The notes under the pieces were generated by a model that made no database searches, was not told the origin of the DNA, and saw only the letters and a list, made by a program, of their open reading frames with translations. 64,000 bases of DNA, taken from positions 1 to 64,000 of the forward strand of contig CAVXEP010000004.1 in assembly GCA_963760795.1 (NCBI GenBank), given 5' to 3'. Shown here piece after piece: positions 30,864-40,830 of this stretch (the stretch's first letter is position 1; each line of letters begins with the position of its first letter). The position numbers and the translations under genes are program-made. The DNA is from an uncultured delta proteobacterium (GTDB lineage Bacteria > Desulfobacterota > Binatia > UBA9968).

Positions 30864-31745
30864 ATGGCCGACTACAAAGAAATCTTATATGAGAAACAGC
30901 GCGGCGGCGCTTTGATCACGCTCAATCGCCCGGAGGCGATGAACGCCATCAGCCGCAGCATGATCAAGGAAATCCACCAAGCCCTCGATGACGTCGAGCA
31001 TGATCCGGAAGTGCGCGCCGTCGTGCTCACCGGCGCCGGCCGGGCATTTTCCGCCGGCATGGATCAGGGCAACGCGTCGGGGCGGCGGCGCGATCTGCAT
31101 TGGCCCTACGGCATCGTCACCGGTGAGACCGCCGCCAGTGTCATCGACTCCTGGCGCGCCGATCCGCGCAACTTCCGCCGCATGTGGGAGTTTGGCAAGC
31201 CGATCATCGGCGCAATCAACGGCTGGGCCATGGGCGCGGGCTCCTGGCTGACGCTGTTCACGCACATCACCATCGCGTCGGAGAGCGCGGTCTTTTCTCA
31301 ACCCGAAGTGCGCCATGGCTCGAACACGAGCTTCATGTGGACGCTGCTCGGCGGCTACAAGAACGCCCTGCGCTATGGCCTCACCGGCGACCACATCGAC
31401 GCCCAGGAAGCGCTGCGCATCGGTCTGGTGGTCAAAGTCGTGCCGCCGGATCAGCTGATCGACGAATGTTTCAAGATCGTCGAGCGGATTGCCCATGTGC
31501 CGCCGGAAACCGTCAAGATCAATTTACAAGTCGCCACCATGGGCCTCGACATGATGGGCTTGCGCGACGCCTTGACTTTGGACAATCAATTGTCCGCGCC
31601 GGCCCATGTCATGTTGCGCGAAGAGTTACGCAAGCCGCTCGACGACGCCCGCGCGAACAAAGGCATTCGCGAATATTTACAAATGCGCGACGGCCCGTTC
31701 CAACCGGAACCGTTCGGACCGCGGGCGAGGAGAAAAGCGGAGTAA
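30864..31745 (+). CDS. Crotonase family protein 2
   Basis: Close paralog of 23118-23993; AAGGAG RBS. Confidence 0.9.
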   Translation: MADYKEILYEKQRGGALITLNRPEAMNAISRSMIKEIHQALDDVEHDPEVRAVVLTGAGRAFSAGMDQGNASGRRRDLHWPYGIVTGETAASVIDSWRADPRNFRRMWEFGKPIIGAINGWAMGAGSWLTLFTHITIASESAVFSQPEVRHGSNTSFMWTLLGGYKNALRYGLTGDHIDAQEALRIGLVVKVVPPDQLIDECFKIVERIAHVPPETVKINLQVATMGLDMMGLRDALTLDNQLSAPAHVMLREELRKPLDDARANKGIREYLQMRDGPFQPEPFGPRARRKAE

Positions 31746-31821
31746 TGGAATATTGGAGTCGATGGAGTGATGGGTTCCAGACCCCCCAACACTCCAGTAC
31801 TCCATCACTCCAGTACTCCAA
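31739..31821. repeat. Octamer GGAGTAAT inverted element
   Basis: ggagtaatggaatattggagtcgatggagtgatggg ... cccaacactccagtactccatcactccagtactcca; the upstream gene's stop codon lies in the repeat. Confidence 0.85.
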
Positions 31822-31844
31822 CTAAGATTGAACAGGAGCACCAA

Positions 31845-32723
31845 ATGTCTAACTATCAAACGATTCTCTATCAGAAGCAACGCAAAGGCGTGCTCATCAC
31901 GCTCAACCGGCCCAATGCCTTGAACGCGATGAATCAGGAAATGATGAACGAGCTCGATGCGGCGTTGGCGGAGGCGGAGAAGGACGCGGAGATTCGCGCG
32001 GTCGTCATCACCGGCGCCGGCGGAGCGTTCTCCGTGGGCGAAGACATCAGCGGCGACGACGGTGAAACCGCCTGGCCCTATGGCATCCCCGCCAACACAT
32101 CGCTCAACGCGACCTACAATAAATTCCGCGACGCCGACCGCAAAGATATCCTGGGCCGCCAACTGCACCGCTGGCAGTATCCCAAGCCGATCGTCGGCGC
32201 GGTCAGCGGCTGGTGCCTCGGCGCGGCCTCCTGGCTCGCCCTCACCTGCCATGTGACCATCGCCGCCGATGACGCCGTGTTCGGCCAGCCCCAGGTGCGC
32301 CATGGCGCTAATACTGATTTTATTTGGATCGCGCTGGCCGGCTTCAAAAACGCCCTGCGCTACTCGCTCACCGGCGATCACGTCGATGCCCAGGAAGCGC
32401 TGCGCATCGGCCTGGTCAATCAGGTCGTGGCCAAGGACGAGTTGCTCGATACCTGTTTCAAGTTCGTCGAGCGCGTCGCTCTGGTACCGCCCGAGACCGT
32501 GAAAATCAACTTGCATATTTCGACCATGGGCCTGGAAATGATGGGTCTGCGCAAAGCCTGGACGTTGAATTCGGAATTGGCGGCGATGGCGCGCCTGACC
32601 AAGCGCGAGGAGTTCAACAAGCGCTTGGATGACGCCAGGAAAAGCGGCGGCCTGGCGGCGTTCCTGGAAGCGCGCGACGGCCCGTTTCAACCCGAGCCGT
32701 TCGGACCGAACGCGAAGAAATGA
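31845..32723 (+). CDS. Crotonase family protein 3
   Basis: Paralog with WPYGI and RDGPFQPEPFGP; AGGAG RBS. Confidence 0.9.
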   Translation: MSNYQTILYQKQRKGVLITLNRPNALNAMNQEMMNELDAALAEAEKDAEIRAVVITGAGGAFSVGEDISGDDGETAWPYGIPANTSLNATYNKFRDADRKDILGRQLHRWQYPKPIVGAVSGWCLGAASWLALTCHVTIAADDAVFGQPQVRHGANTDFIWIALAGFKNALRYSLTGDHVDAQEALRIGLVNQVVAKDELLDTCFKFVERVALVPPETVKINLHISTMGLEMMGLRKAWTLNSELAAMARLTKREEFNKRLDDARKSGGLAAFLEARDGPFQPEPFGPNAKK

Positions 32724-32727
32724 AGAA

Positions 32728-32836
32728 TTGGAGTGATGGAGTCACGAAAGATTGGAGTGATGGAGTAATGGAGTGGTGGAGTGATGGGCTCCGGACCAAC
32801 CCAATACTCCATTACTCCACCGCTCCATTACTCCAT
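32728..32836. repeat. Octamer GGAGTGAT inverted element between convergent genes
   Basis: ttggagtgatggagtaatggagtggtggagtgatggg ... cccaatactccattactccaccgctccattactcca. Confidence 0.85.
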
Positions 32837-32847
32837 TCTTCTGCTCT

Positions 32848-33891
32848 TCACCGTTTCGTCAACGCCCGAGTCGCCTGCGTCCAGCGATCCTCGGCTTTCT
32901 CGTACTCCGTGCTGGTCATGCCGCGTTCGGGATATTCGCGCTTGAATGCGTATTCTTTCCAGGCCACGCCGTAGCGAAACTGCTCCATCAGTTTTTGTCC
33001 TTCGGGACCGATGACGAAATCGGTAAACAGCAAGGCGGCATGGGGATGGGGCGCATTGGCAACGAGCGCCGATCCTCCGGCATTGGCGACCGCGACATCG
33101 AGCGGCACCCAATCCACCGGCGCGCCGCGCTCCTTCTTGACCGCCACTTGATTCTGAAACACCACCGGACCGCCACCCACTTCTCCGGCGGCGATGAGAT
33201 CGAGAAAGCCGGCGCTCGACGCTTTGAACAAGCGCACCTCCTGCGCGCGCAGGCGCTTGATGTATTCCTCGCCTTTGTATTTGACCATGGTGCCAATCAC
33301 GCGGCTGGTGGAGCTCTCGGTGGTGACGGCGATTTTCCCCTTCAGTTCCGGCCTTAAGAGATCTTGATAGTTTTTAGGAACTTCGCTTGGCGCGATCAGA
33401 CGGGTGTTATAACCGAAGCCCATGTACGCTTCACGGTCGGTCACCCAGAAAACCCGCCCACCGTCGGCTTTGCCTTTCGCTTCATCGGGAAACTTCGCCA
33501 GTTCCGGCGAGACATAGGCCTTGAGCAAGCCGCGATCGCGCAAGGCCATCAGCAGCCCCGGCGTGCTTTCCAGGGCATCGGCCACCGGGCGGCCGGCCTG
33601 CGCTTCGTTGATAATTCTTGGCGTCAGGTCATTGCTGCCGCCGCGAAACACATCCACCGCGATGTCCGGATATTTTCTTTTGAACGCGTCGACCATGTCT
33701 CGGTAGACACCGGAGAGCGAAGTGTACCAGACGACCTTGCCTTCGGCCTTGGCGCCGTCGAGGAGAATTTGCTGGCGGTCCGAACCCGTGTAAACCGCCA
33801 GCTCGTCCAACGTCCGCGGCTTTTTCGTCTGTCCATAACCTGACGAGACTGCCAAAACGGCTATTGTGAATCCGATGGCCAATATTTTCAT
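32848..33891 (-). CDS. Extracellular solute-binding protein (AfuA/thiamine-like)
   Basis: GAKAEGKVVWYTS, PKNYQDLL.P.LKGK, GAPVDW, APHPHAALLF. Confidence 0.85.
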   Translation of the reverse strand: MKILAIGFTIAVLAVSSGYGQTKKPRTLDELAVYTGSDRQQILLDGAKAEGKVVWYTSLSGVYRDMVDAFKRKYPDIAVDVFRGGSNDLTPRIINEAQAGRPVADALESTPGLLMALRDRGLLKAYVSPELAKFPDEAKGKADGGRVFWVTDREAYMGFGYNTRLIAPSEVPKNYQDLLRPELKGKIAVTTESSTSRVIGTMVKYKGEEYIKRLRAQEVRLFKASSAGFLDLIAAGEVGGGPVVFQNQVAVKKERGAPVDWVPLDVAVANAGGSALVANAPHPHAALLFTDFVIGPEGQKLMEQFRYGVAWKEYAFKREYPERGMTSTEYEKAEDRWTQATRALTKR

Positions 33892-34014
33892 ATGGTTGCT
33901 CCTCTGCTCCAAGGAGAACAGACAAACCGTTCACCTTCGTTTTCCCTGCTTCGCAGTTACCACGTTGGCGACAATACTGGCAAGCGCCACGGACAATTCA
34001 GCTTGAGACTTGCA

Positions 34015-34044
34015 TTGACAGCCACGCGCCAATCGGACTATACG
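34015..34044 (+). promoter_or_regulatory. Possible sigma70-type promoter upstream of the ThDP enzyme gene
   Basis: TTGACA, 18-nt spacer, TATACG. Confidence 0.4.
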
Positions 34045-34253
34045 GCAAGTAACATTTCGGCAGCAGCAACCAAGAAATCGTACCTTGAAGCGGATGCTTT
34101 CATCACGAAGGATAAGTCGGTTCGATTGCCGGGAGCGTAAGATAGTTCGCTCCTAGCTCGATTATCCGCAACCATCGACTGTGGTAGATCTTCGAGGTGA
34201 ACACAAACAAGCTGAACCTGGCAGATAACTCAACCTGAATAGGAGATCCCACC

Positions 34254-35909
34254 ATGCTTGGCGGCCATGCGGTAGCTCAATGTCTGCGCAACGAAGGCGT
34301 TAAACATATTTTCAGCGTGCCCGGCGAAAGTTACATCGCCGTCGTCGACGGACTGGTGAATTACCCCGAGATCAAACTGATCACCAACCGCCAGGAAGGC
34401 TGTGCGGCGTTTATGGCCGAAGGCTATGCCAAGGCCACGCGCACGCCCGGCGTCTGCATTGTCACCCGCGGTCCAGGCGCGACCAACGCGAGCATCGCCG
34501 TCCATAGCGCGAAATACGATTCGGCGCCGCTGGTGCTGTTGGTCGGCCAGGTCAGCCGCGCCGCGCGCGGACGCGAAGCCGGCCAAGAGATCGACTACGG
34601 ACGATTTTTCGGCAGCATCGCCAAGTGGGTCATCGAGATCAACGATCCCAAGCAGATCCCGCGCATCATGAGCCGGGCATTTCATATCGCGCGCACCGGC
34701 CGGCCCGGCCCGGTGGTGGTGGCGTTGCCGCGCGATGTAACGGAAACCGACACCGACATCGCCATGACCGAGCCGCTGCCGGCGATCAAGCCCAACGCCG
34801 ATCCGGCGGCCGTCGAAACTTTGATCGGGCGCATCAATGCGGCGCGTAAACCGGTGCTCCTGATCGGTTCGGGAACCCAGTATTCGCATGCGTGGCAAGA
34901 AGTCATCGACTTCGCCGAAAAGTTTCAGCTCCCCGTGCTGACATCCTACAAACGGCAGGACGCCTTCCCCAACAATCATCCGAACTACGCCGGCAATATG
35001 CTGACGTCGAACAAGTACGCGCAAAACCTCGCCTATGAAGAAAGCGATCTCTTGATCGTCCTCGGCAGCCGGCTCAGCCAGCAGAACACCGCCGGCTTTA
35101 CGTTTCCGCGGCCGGGCCGGCCGTTTGTTCACATCGACGCGGACGAAGAAAACATTGGCCAGAACTCACGCCCGGAGGTGGGCATCGTCGCCGATGCCAA
35201 ACAGCTGCTGCTCGCGGCATTGAAACATCCCGCGCCGCGCCCCAACGAGAGCCGCGCGTCGTGGATCGCCGAGCAGCACGCGGCGCAAAAGCAGTTCTGC
35301 ACGCCTAACGAGCGGCCGACAGCAAAAGTTTCCATGGAGCGGGTAATGATCGATTTAAAAGCCGCCATGCCCGCCGACGCGATCACCACCACCGATGCCG
35401 GCAGCTTCGGCCAATGGCAGCAGCGCTACCTCGAGTTCGATCATCCCGACTCCTACATCTCGCCCACCCTCGGCTGCATGGGACCGGGCGTGCCTTCAGC
35501 GGTGGCGGCCAAGCTGGCGCACCCTCAGCGCACGGTCATCGCCCATATCGGCGATGGCGGTTTTCTCATGACCGGCCAAGAGATGGCGACCGCCAAGCAA
35601 TATAACGCGCCGATCATCGCCATCGTCTACAACAACCAAGGTTACAACTCGATCCGCATGCACCAGGAAGCACAGTACCCCGGCCGCCAACATGGCGTCG
35701 CCCTGGAGAATCCCGACTTCGCCCTCATGGGCGAATCCTACGGCGCACTCGGATTGAAGGTGACGCGCGATGAAGAATTTTTGCCGGCATTCAAGAAAGC
35801 GCTGGCAGCCAATCGCTCGGCGCTAATCGAAGTGCAGACCGATTACGAATACGTGACGCCAAGTGCACGTTTGTCCGAGTTGGCTGGAAAGAAATTGGCG
35901 GGTGACTGA
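34254..35909 (+). CDS. Thiamine-diphosphate-dependent enzyme (acetolactate-synthase-like family)
   Basis: VPGES, RQEG, TRGPGATNA, GRPGPV, GDGGFLM...NN ThDP motif. Confidence 0.9.
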   Translation: MLGGHAVAQCLRNEGVKHIFSVPGESYIAVVDGLVNYPEIKLITNRQEGCAAFMAEGYAKATRTPGVCIVTRGPGATNASIAVHSAKYDSAPLVLLVGQVSRAARGREAGQEIDYGRFFGSIAKWVIEINDPKQIPRIMSRAFHIARTGRPGPVVVALPRDVTETDTDIAMTEPLPAIKPNADPAAVETLIGRINAARKPVLLIGSGTQYSHAWQEVIDFAEKFQLPVLTSYKRQDAFPNNHPNYAGNMLTSNKYAQNLAYEESDLLIVLGSRLSQQNTAGFTFPRPGRPFVHIDADEENIGQNSRPEVGIVADAKQLLLAALKHPAPRPNESRASWIAEQHAAQKQFCTPNERPTAKVSMERVMIDLKAAMPADAITTTDAGSFGQWQQRYLEFDHPDSYISPTLGCMGPGVPSAVAAKLAHPQRTVIAHIGDGGFLMTGQEMATAKQYNAPIIAIVYNNQGYNSIRMHQEAQYPGRQHGVALENPDFALMGESYGALGLKVTRDEEFLPAFKKALAANRSALIEVQTDYEYVTPSARLSELAGKKLAGD

Positions 35910-36070
35910 CAGAGGTCGTGAAGGGTGAGGCGTAAGGGGTGAGGCGTCAACATCCCCTCCCCCTCGCCATCCTCTTCAAACAAAAGAGAACTCTTGTGCC
36001 AACAACTTGTCTGTCATTCCGAACCTAGTGAGGGATCTCGCCCCTCAGTTGACTAAGAAAGCTACACTCC

Positions 36071-37072
36071 ATGCGATTCGCTTTTCGAGCGACGATTGTA
36101 ATTTTGCTTTGCCTTTGGGGTCGCCAGGCGGTGCACGCCCAGGACGACCTTGTCGCCAAGGCACAAAGCGAGCGCGAGTTGGTCGTCTACGGCACCGCGC
36201 TGGCCGGCCAGTTCGACAAATTCATCGAGCCCTTCAGACGGCGCTATCCGTTCATCAAGGCGCAATATTCCCGCACCACGGGCGAAGCGTTAACGACAAA
36301 AATCTTGCAAGAAGTTTCCGCCCGCCAGTTGAGCGCCGACGCGATCCTGATCAACAACTATACCCAGCGCATCTTCATGAAGAGAAACATCATCACCGCG
36401 TACCTGCCGCCCACCGCCAAGAATTTCCCGGCGGGCTTCGCCGACCAACAGGGCTACTGGTATGGTTTTTACCTGGTGCCCTATGCGATCACTTACAATA
36501 CCTCCCTGGTTTCCAAAGCCAACGCGCCGAAATCTTTCGATGATTTATTACTATCAAGATGGAAAGGGCAGATATCCCTCGAGCGCGAAGAGTATCTGGT
36601 GACCCAAGCGCATACCCAGTTCCTCGGCCAGCAGAAAGCCATCGACTATTTCAAGAAGCTGGCGCGCCAGGATCTGATCATGGTCAACGGCCACAGCAAA
36701 CAGGCGGTGCTGCTCACCGCCGGCGAATTTCCCATCATCGTCTACAGCGACATCGCCAGAACCGAGGAGTTGAAGCGCAAAGGCGCGCCGGTGGAATGGG
36801 TGCGCGCCGAGCCCCATGTCACGGTGTTAGTCACCGCGTCGATCACCCGCGAAGCGAAGCACCCGGCCGCGGCGCGGCTGTTCATGAATTATCTGGCTAG
36901 CGATGAAGGACAGAAAGCCGTGCTCGCCATGGACAAACCGCCGGCGCTGCCGAAGTTTCAGCCGGAATATCTGCGCGGGGTCAATTTATTTCCAGCGGAC
37001 TGGACGTTGTCGGATACCTTTGAGGAATACAACAAAACCTATCGGGAGATTTTTTGGGGCGGTAAGCATTAG
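36071..37072 (+). CDS. Extracellular solute-binding protein (AfuA-like)
   Basis: APKSFDDLL..RWKG, GAPVEW, AKHPAAARLFMNYL.S.EGQ. Confidence 0.85.
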   Translation: MRFAFRATIVILLCLWGRQAVHAQDDLVAKAQSERELVVYGTALAGQFDKFIEPFRRRYPFIKAQYSRTTGEALTTKILQEVSARQLSADAILINNYTQRIFMKRNIITAYLPPTAKNFPAGFADQQGYWYGFYLVPYAITYNTSLVSKANAPKSFDDLLLSRWKGQISLEREEYLVTQAHTQFLGQQKAIDYFKKLARQDLIMVNGHSKQAVLLTAGEFPIIVYSDIARTEELKRKGAPVEWVRAEPHVTVLVTASITREAKHPAAARLFMNYLASDEGQKAVLAMDKPPALPKFQPEYLRGVNLFPADWTLSDTFEEYNKTYREIFWGGKH

Positions 37073-37076
37073 ACCG

Positions 37077-37159
37077 TTCACCACGAAGGCACGAAGGACA
37101 CGAAGGTTTCGGAGGTATATTATTCCGAACTTCGTGATCTTCGTGTCCTTCGTGGTGAA
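37077..37159. repeat. CACGAAG nonamer inverted element
   Basis: ttcaccacgaaggcacgaaggacacgaag ... cttcgtgatcttcgtgtccttcgtggtgaa. Confidence 0.85.
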
Positions 37160-37204
37160 TCTAGCTTCGTACACTTGGCTTCCAGCGAAAAGGAGACTAA
37201 AACC

Positions 37205-38251
37205 ATGCAAGTTCTATACTTCATCCTCTTGGCTCTGTTACTTCTTCCATCCAGCGCCTGGGCGCAGGCGCGCAAGCCGTCGACCATCGCGGAACTGGTG
37301 ACCTACCGCGGCGCCGACCGCGAACAACTGCTTTACGCCGGCGCCAAGGCCGAAGGCAAAATCGTCTGGTACACTTCCCTCGCCGGCGATTCATACAAGG
37401 AATTGGTCAAGGCCTTTGAAACCAAATATGCCGGCGTCAAAGTCGATTCCTACCGCGCTCAGGGCGCGGACTTGGTGGTGCGCTTGGAAGAGGAAGGCAA
37501 AGCGCGGCGCAACATCGCCGACACCATCGAGACCACCGAGGGCAGCCTGATCTTCTTGCGCGACGGCAAACTGCTCCGCCCCTACGACTCGCCGCAGCTC
37601 GACCGCTATCCGGAAGACGGCAAGGAACGCGCCGATAAGAATCTCGTCTATTGGGCGCTCGCGCGCGAATCGTACATCGGCTTCACCTACAACAAGACGC
37701 TCGTGACAAAGGACGCGGTGCCAAAAAATTTCGACGGGCTGTTCCACCCGCAGCTCAAGGGCAAGTTGGGCATCAGCATCGGCCAGACCAGCGACAAGGT
37801 CATCGGCGCCATGATCAAAACCAAAGGCGAGGAGTTTGTCCGCAAACTCAAAGCCCAGGAGATGAAACTCTACTCCATCGACGCCCCCGCCCTGGTCAAT
37901 ACCATTACCACCGGCGAAATCGCCGGATCGCCGGCGATCTTTCAAACTCATACGCTGAGCGCCGCGTCGAAAGGCGCGCCGGTGGAATGGGTGCCCATGG
38001 ATCTGGTCCCGACCAACGTCGGCAGCGCCGCCATCGCCTTCAATCCGCCCCATCCGCACGGGGCGTTACTGATGGCTGACTTTCTTTTGAGCCCGGACGG
38101 TCAAGGCGTCTTGGAAAAACACTTTTACGGTAGCGGCGCCAAAGATCACGGTTTCAAGAAATGGCGTCCCGAGCATGGCCTGACGACGGATCAGTATGAA
38201 AAGGAGCTGCTCCGCTGGGACAAGCTGCTGCATTCGATTACGCGGAAATAA
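37205..38251 (+). CDS. Extracellular solute-binding protein, paralog of 32848-33891
   Basis: Y.G.DR.Q.L..GAKAEGK.VWYTSL shared; AGGAG RBS. Confidence 0.85.
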   Translation: MQVLYFILLALLLLPSSAWAQARKPSTIAELVTYRGADREQLLYAGAKAEGKIVWYTSLAGDSYKELVKAFETKYAGVKVDSYRAQGADLVVRLEEEGKARRNIADTIETTEGSLIFLRDGKLLRPYDSPQLDRYPEDGKERADKNLVYWALARESYIGFTYNKTLVTKDAVPKNFDGLFHPQLKGKLGISIGQTSDKVIGAMIKTKGEEFVRKLKAQEMKLYSIDAPALVNTITTGEIAGSPAIFQTHTLSAASKGAPVEWVPMDLVPTNVGSAAIAFNPPHPHGALLMADFLLSPDGQGVLEKHFYGSGAKDHGFKKWRPEHGLTTDQYEKELLRWDKLLHSITRK

Positions 38252-38259
38252 AGAAACTG

Positions 38260-38556
38260 TTCACCACGAAGGAAACGAAGATCACGAAGCTCGGATTGTT
38301 AATTTTCCCAACCCTTCGTGTCCTTCGTGGCTCCTTCGAAAATACAGGTGAGCGGATGATATCCACAACGAAGAGCCTCCGGAGTTTCCGTCATACCCGC
38401 GAAGGCGGGTATCCAGGCTACATTCGGCGCAGGATACAATACCTGGATTCCCGCGTGCGCGGGAATGACGAATCGAGGAGGGAAGCATGTTCCGGGAATG
38501 CGAACCATTTTCATGCTCTGTAGGCGAGCGCAAGCTTATGGACACTTCGTGGTGAG
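38260..38556. repeat. CACGAAG element carrying a ~214-bp insert that itself contains a GTCAT..CCCGCG doublet
   Basis: CTTCGTGG direct repeat at 38323-38330 and 38545-38552; inner gtcatacccgcgaaggcgggtatccag ... ctggattcccgcgtgcgcgggaatgac. Confidence 0.75.
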
Positions 38557-38586
38557 ATCTGAAATATTCAATTCTTAGGAGGTACA

Positions 38587-39672
38587 ATGAACAACCTGCG
38601 CATCATCGACGCCGACGGCCATGTCCAGGAACGCGATGCCAACTGGCAGGAGCTACTCGATCCGCCTTATCGCAAACATGCGCCGAGCATGGTGCAGTGC
38701 GCCGATGGCCGGACGCATTTATTGCTCGAAGGTAAGATCTGGGCCAAGCCGAGCGGCAAGGGCTGCGGCATCGGCACCGCGCCGATCACGCGCAAACCGC
38801 GCACAACCACCGGCATGTGGGATCCGCTGCAGCGCCTTAAAGACATGGACATGGAAGGCATCGACACTGCGGTCAACTTCGGCACGACGGTGTTTTTAAG
38901 TCTGCCGTTTCTCGAAGATCATGACTTCGCCTGCGCCATCGCCCATGGCTATAACACCTGGCTTGCTGAGTATTCCAAGACCAATCCGAAGCGCTTGAAG
39001 GGCGTTGCGCTGGTGGCCCAGCAGGAGCCGCTGGAGGCCGCCAAGGAACTCGAACGGTGCGTTAAGCAACTGGGCTTTGTCGCCGTCGCCGTTGCCGGCC
39101 ACTCCGCCGGCCGCAACCTCGATCATCCCGACCTCTATCCGTTCTACGCCAAAGCCGAGGAGCTCGGTGTGCCGGTCTGCGTTCATGTCGGTTCGGGCCG
39201 GCCGGCGGCGGCTGCCGAGCGCTTTGACAATCCCTATTTCGTGCATGCGACCACCCACGCCTTCGAGCAAATGATCGGCGTCATGTGCATCGTCGGCGGC
39301 GGCATTCTCGAACGCTATCCAAAGCTCAAAGTCGCGTTCCTCGAAGCCGGCGCCGGCTGGGTGCCCTACTGGATGGAGCGCTTGGACGAGCATTATGAAT
39401 ATATGTCGCCGGCGGTGCCGCTGATGAAAAAACCGCCCAGCGAATACATGAAGAGCGAGCAGGTTTATTATTCCTTCGAGCCGGACGAACAGACTTTGAA
39501 TTTCGTCATGGACTACATCGGCGACGACCGCCTGGTGTTCGCCTCGGACTACAATCACGGCGACAGCAAGTTTCCCCACACAGTGGCATCCGTGACCGGG
39601 CGGAAAAATATAACCGAGAGCCAGCTGAAAAAATTGATGTGCGACAATGCGGCGCGATTGTATAACATCTAA
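38587..39672 (+). CDS. Amidohydrolase family 2 protein
   Basis: IIDADGH, RLKDMD.EGID, LKVAFLEAGAGW, FASDYNH.D, NAARLY. Confidence 0.9.
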   Translation: MNNLRIIDADGHVQERDANWQELLDPPYRKHAPSMVQCADGRTHLLLEGKIWAKPSGKGCGIGTAPITRKPRTTTGMWDPLQRLKDMDMEGIDTAVNFGTTVFLSLPFLEDHDFACAIAHGYNTWLAEYSKTNPKRLKGVALVAQQEPLEAAKELERCVKQLGFVAVAVAGHSAGRNLDHPDLYPFYAKAEELGVPVCVHVGSGRPAAAAERFDNPYFVHATTHAFEQMIGVMCIVGGGILERYPKLKVAFLEAGAGWVPYWMERLDEHYEYMSPAVPLMKKPPSEYMKSEQVYYSFEPDEQTLNFVMDYIGDDRLVFASDYNHGDSKFPHTVASVTGRKNITESQLKKLMCDNAARLYNI

Positions 39673-39718
39673 GAAACCTAAGCAGTAAAGGTGAGGCGTA
39701 AGGCGCGGGAGTCTATCT

Positions 39719-40726
39719 ATGAAGCGCACACAGATTGGCAAAGTTTTGTGCTTGACCTTCGGCATCTTGCTCCTTGTGGTTTGCAACGCCGGTGCCCAGG
39801 ACAAACCGCTGAAAAAATTTCGCTGGGGCGTCACCTCGCTGTCGGCATCCCAATGGATTCCGTGGATCGCTAAAGACGTCAAGCTTTATGAAAAGCATGG
39901 CATGGAAGCCGAGCTGGTGCTGCTGCGCGGCTCGGGACAATCGGCGCAGGCGATTATCGGCAATAGCATTCTCGGCGCCCCATGCACATTGACGACGGTG
40001 ATGAGCGCCGACTTGAGCGGCGCCGACCTGGTCACGGTGGCGCACACGGTGGCAGGCGTGCAAAGCAAACTGCTTGTCAGGCCGGAGATCAAGAAGCCGG
40101 AGGATCTGCGCGGCAAGCGCATTGCGGTTTCGGGTTTCGGTTCCTTGGGAGATTTTCTCGAGCGCTATATCTTAAAAAAATACGGCATCGATCCCGTCCG
40201 CGACGTCGTCATGCTTTCCATCGGCAACCAACCGGACCGGATTCAAGCTTTATTCACCGGGCTCGTCGATGCCGCCGACCTGTCTCATCCCGCCGATATC
40301 CAAGCCGAGCGCAAAGGATATCGCATTCTCTGGGACGCCAAACAGGAAGTTGCCTACCCTTCCATGTCGATCGTCACCAGGCGTAAGTGGGTTAACGAAG
40401 ACCGAGATTCCGTCATGCGCATGGTCAAAGCCCATGTCGAAGCGATTCACTATCTCAAGACCAACAAAGAGCCGAGCATGAAGATCCTCGGTAAGTATCT
40501 CAAAACCAACGACCGCGAACTGCTCGAAAGTTCCTACGAGATCTATCGCAAGGACTTCATCTCGGTGCCGTACCCGATCACCCAAGGCTTACAGCCGACC
40601 TATGAGTACGTCGCAGCGCAGCGTCCGGAGATTTGGCAGCACAAACCGGAAGCGTTCATGGACACGAGCTTCATCGCCGAGCTGGAAAAGAGCGGCTTTA
40701 TAAAAGGTCTATCGAGCCCGCGCTGA
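39719..40726 (+). CDS. NMT1/THI5-like SBP
   Basis: IKKPEDLRGKRIAVS, FMDTSFIAELEKSGFI. Confidence 0.85.
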   Translation: MKRTQIGKVLCLTFGILLLVVCNAGAQDKPLKKFRWGVTSLSASQWIPWIAKDVKLYEKHGMEAELVLLRGSGQSAQAIIGNSILGAPCTLTTVMSADLSGADLVTVAHTVAGVQSKLLVRPEIKKPEDLRGKRIAVSGFGSLGDFLERYILKKYGIDPVRDVVMLSIGNQPDRIQALFTGLVDAADLSHPADIQAERKGYRILWDAKQEVAYPSMSIVTRRKWVNEDRDSVMRMVKAHVEAIHYLKTNKEPSMKILGKYLKTNDRELLESSYEIYRKDFISVPYPITQGLQPTYEYVAAQRPEIWQHKPEAFMDTSFIAELEKSGFIKGLSSPR

Positions 40727-40830
40727 GCGGCGTCGCGCCTGGGTACTGCGAAGATAACCTGAACCGCTCCAATAGCCCCGGCGTCGCTCGCCGCAGCCGG
40801 CGGTGACGCTCCTGCGCATCGCTGTCAAAC

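Noticed and set aside
31677-32690. Long antisense ORFs (this one, 34230-35132, 44168-45367, 50649-51605 and others)
   Set aside because: Shadows of well-supported genes in high-GC DNA, with no motifs of their own
23016-32836. Octamer and nonamer tandem repeats as a CRISPR array
   Set aside because: Units are 7-9 nt, inverted and lack unique ~30-nt spacers; no cas genes
34045-34253. TPP riboswitch
   Set aside because: The CTGAGA motif and the expected P2-P5 arrangement were not found
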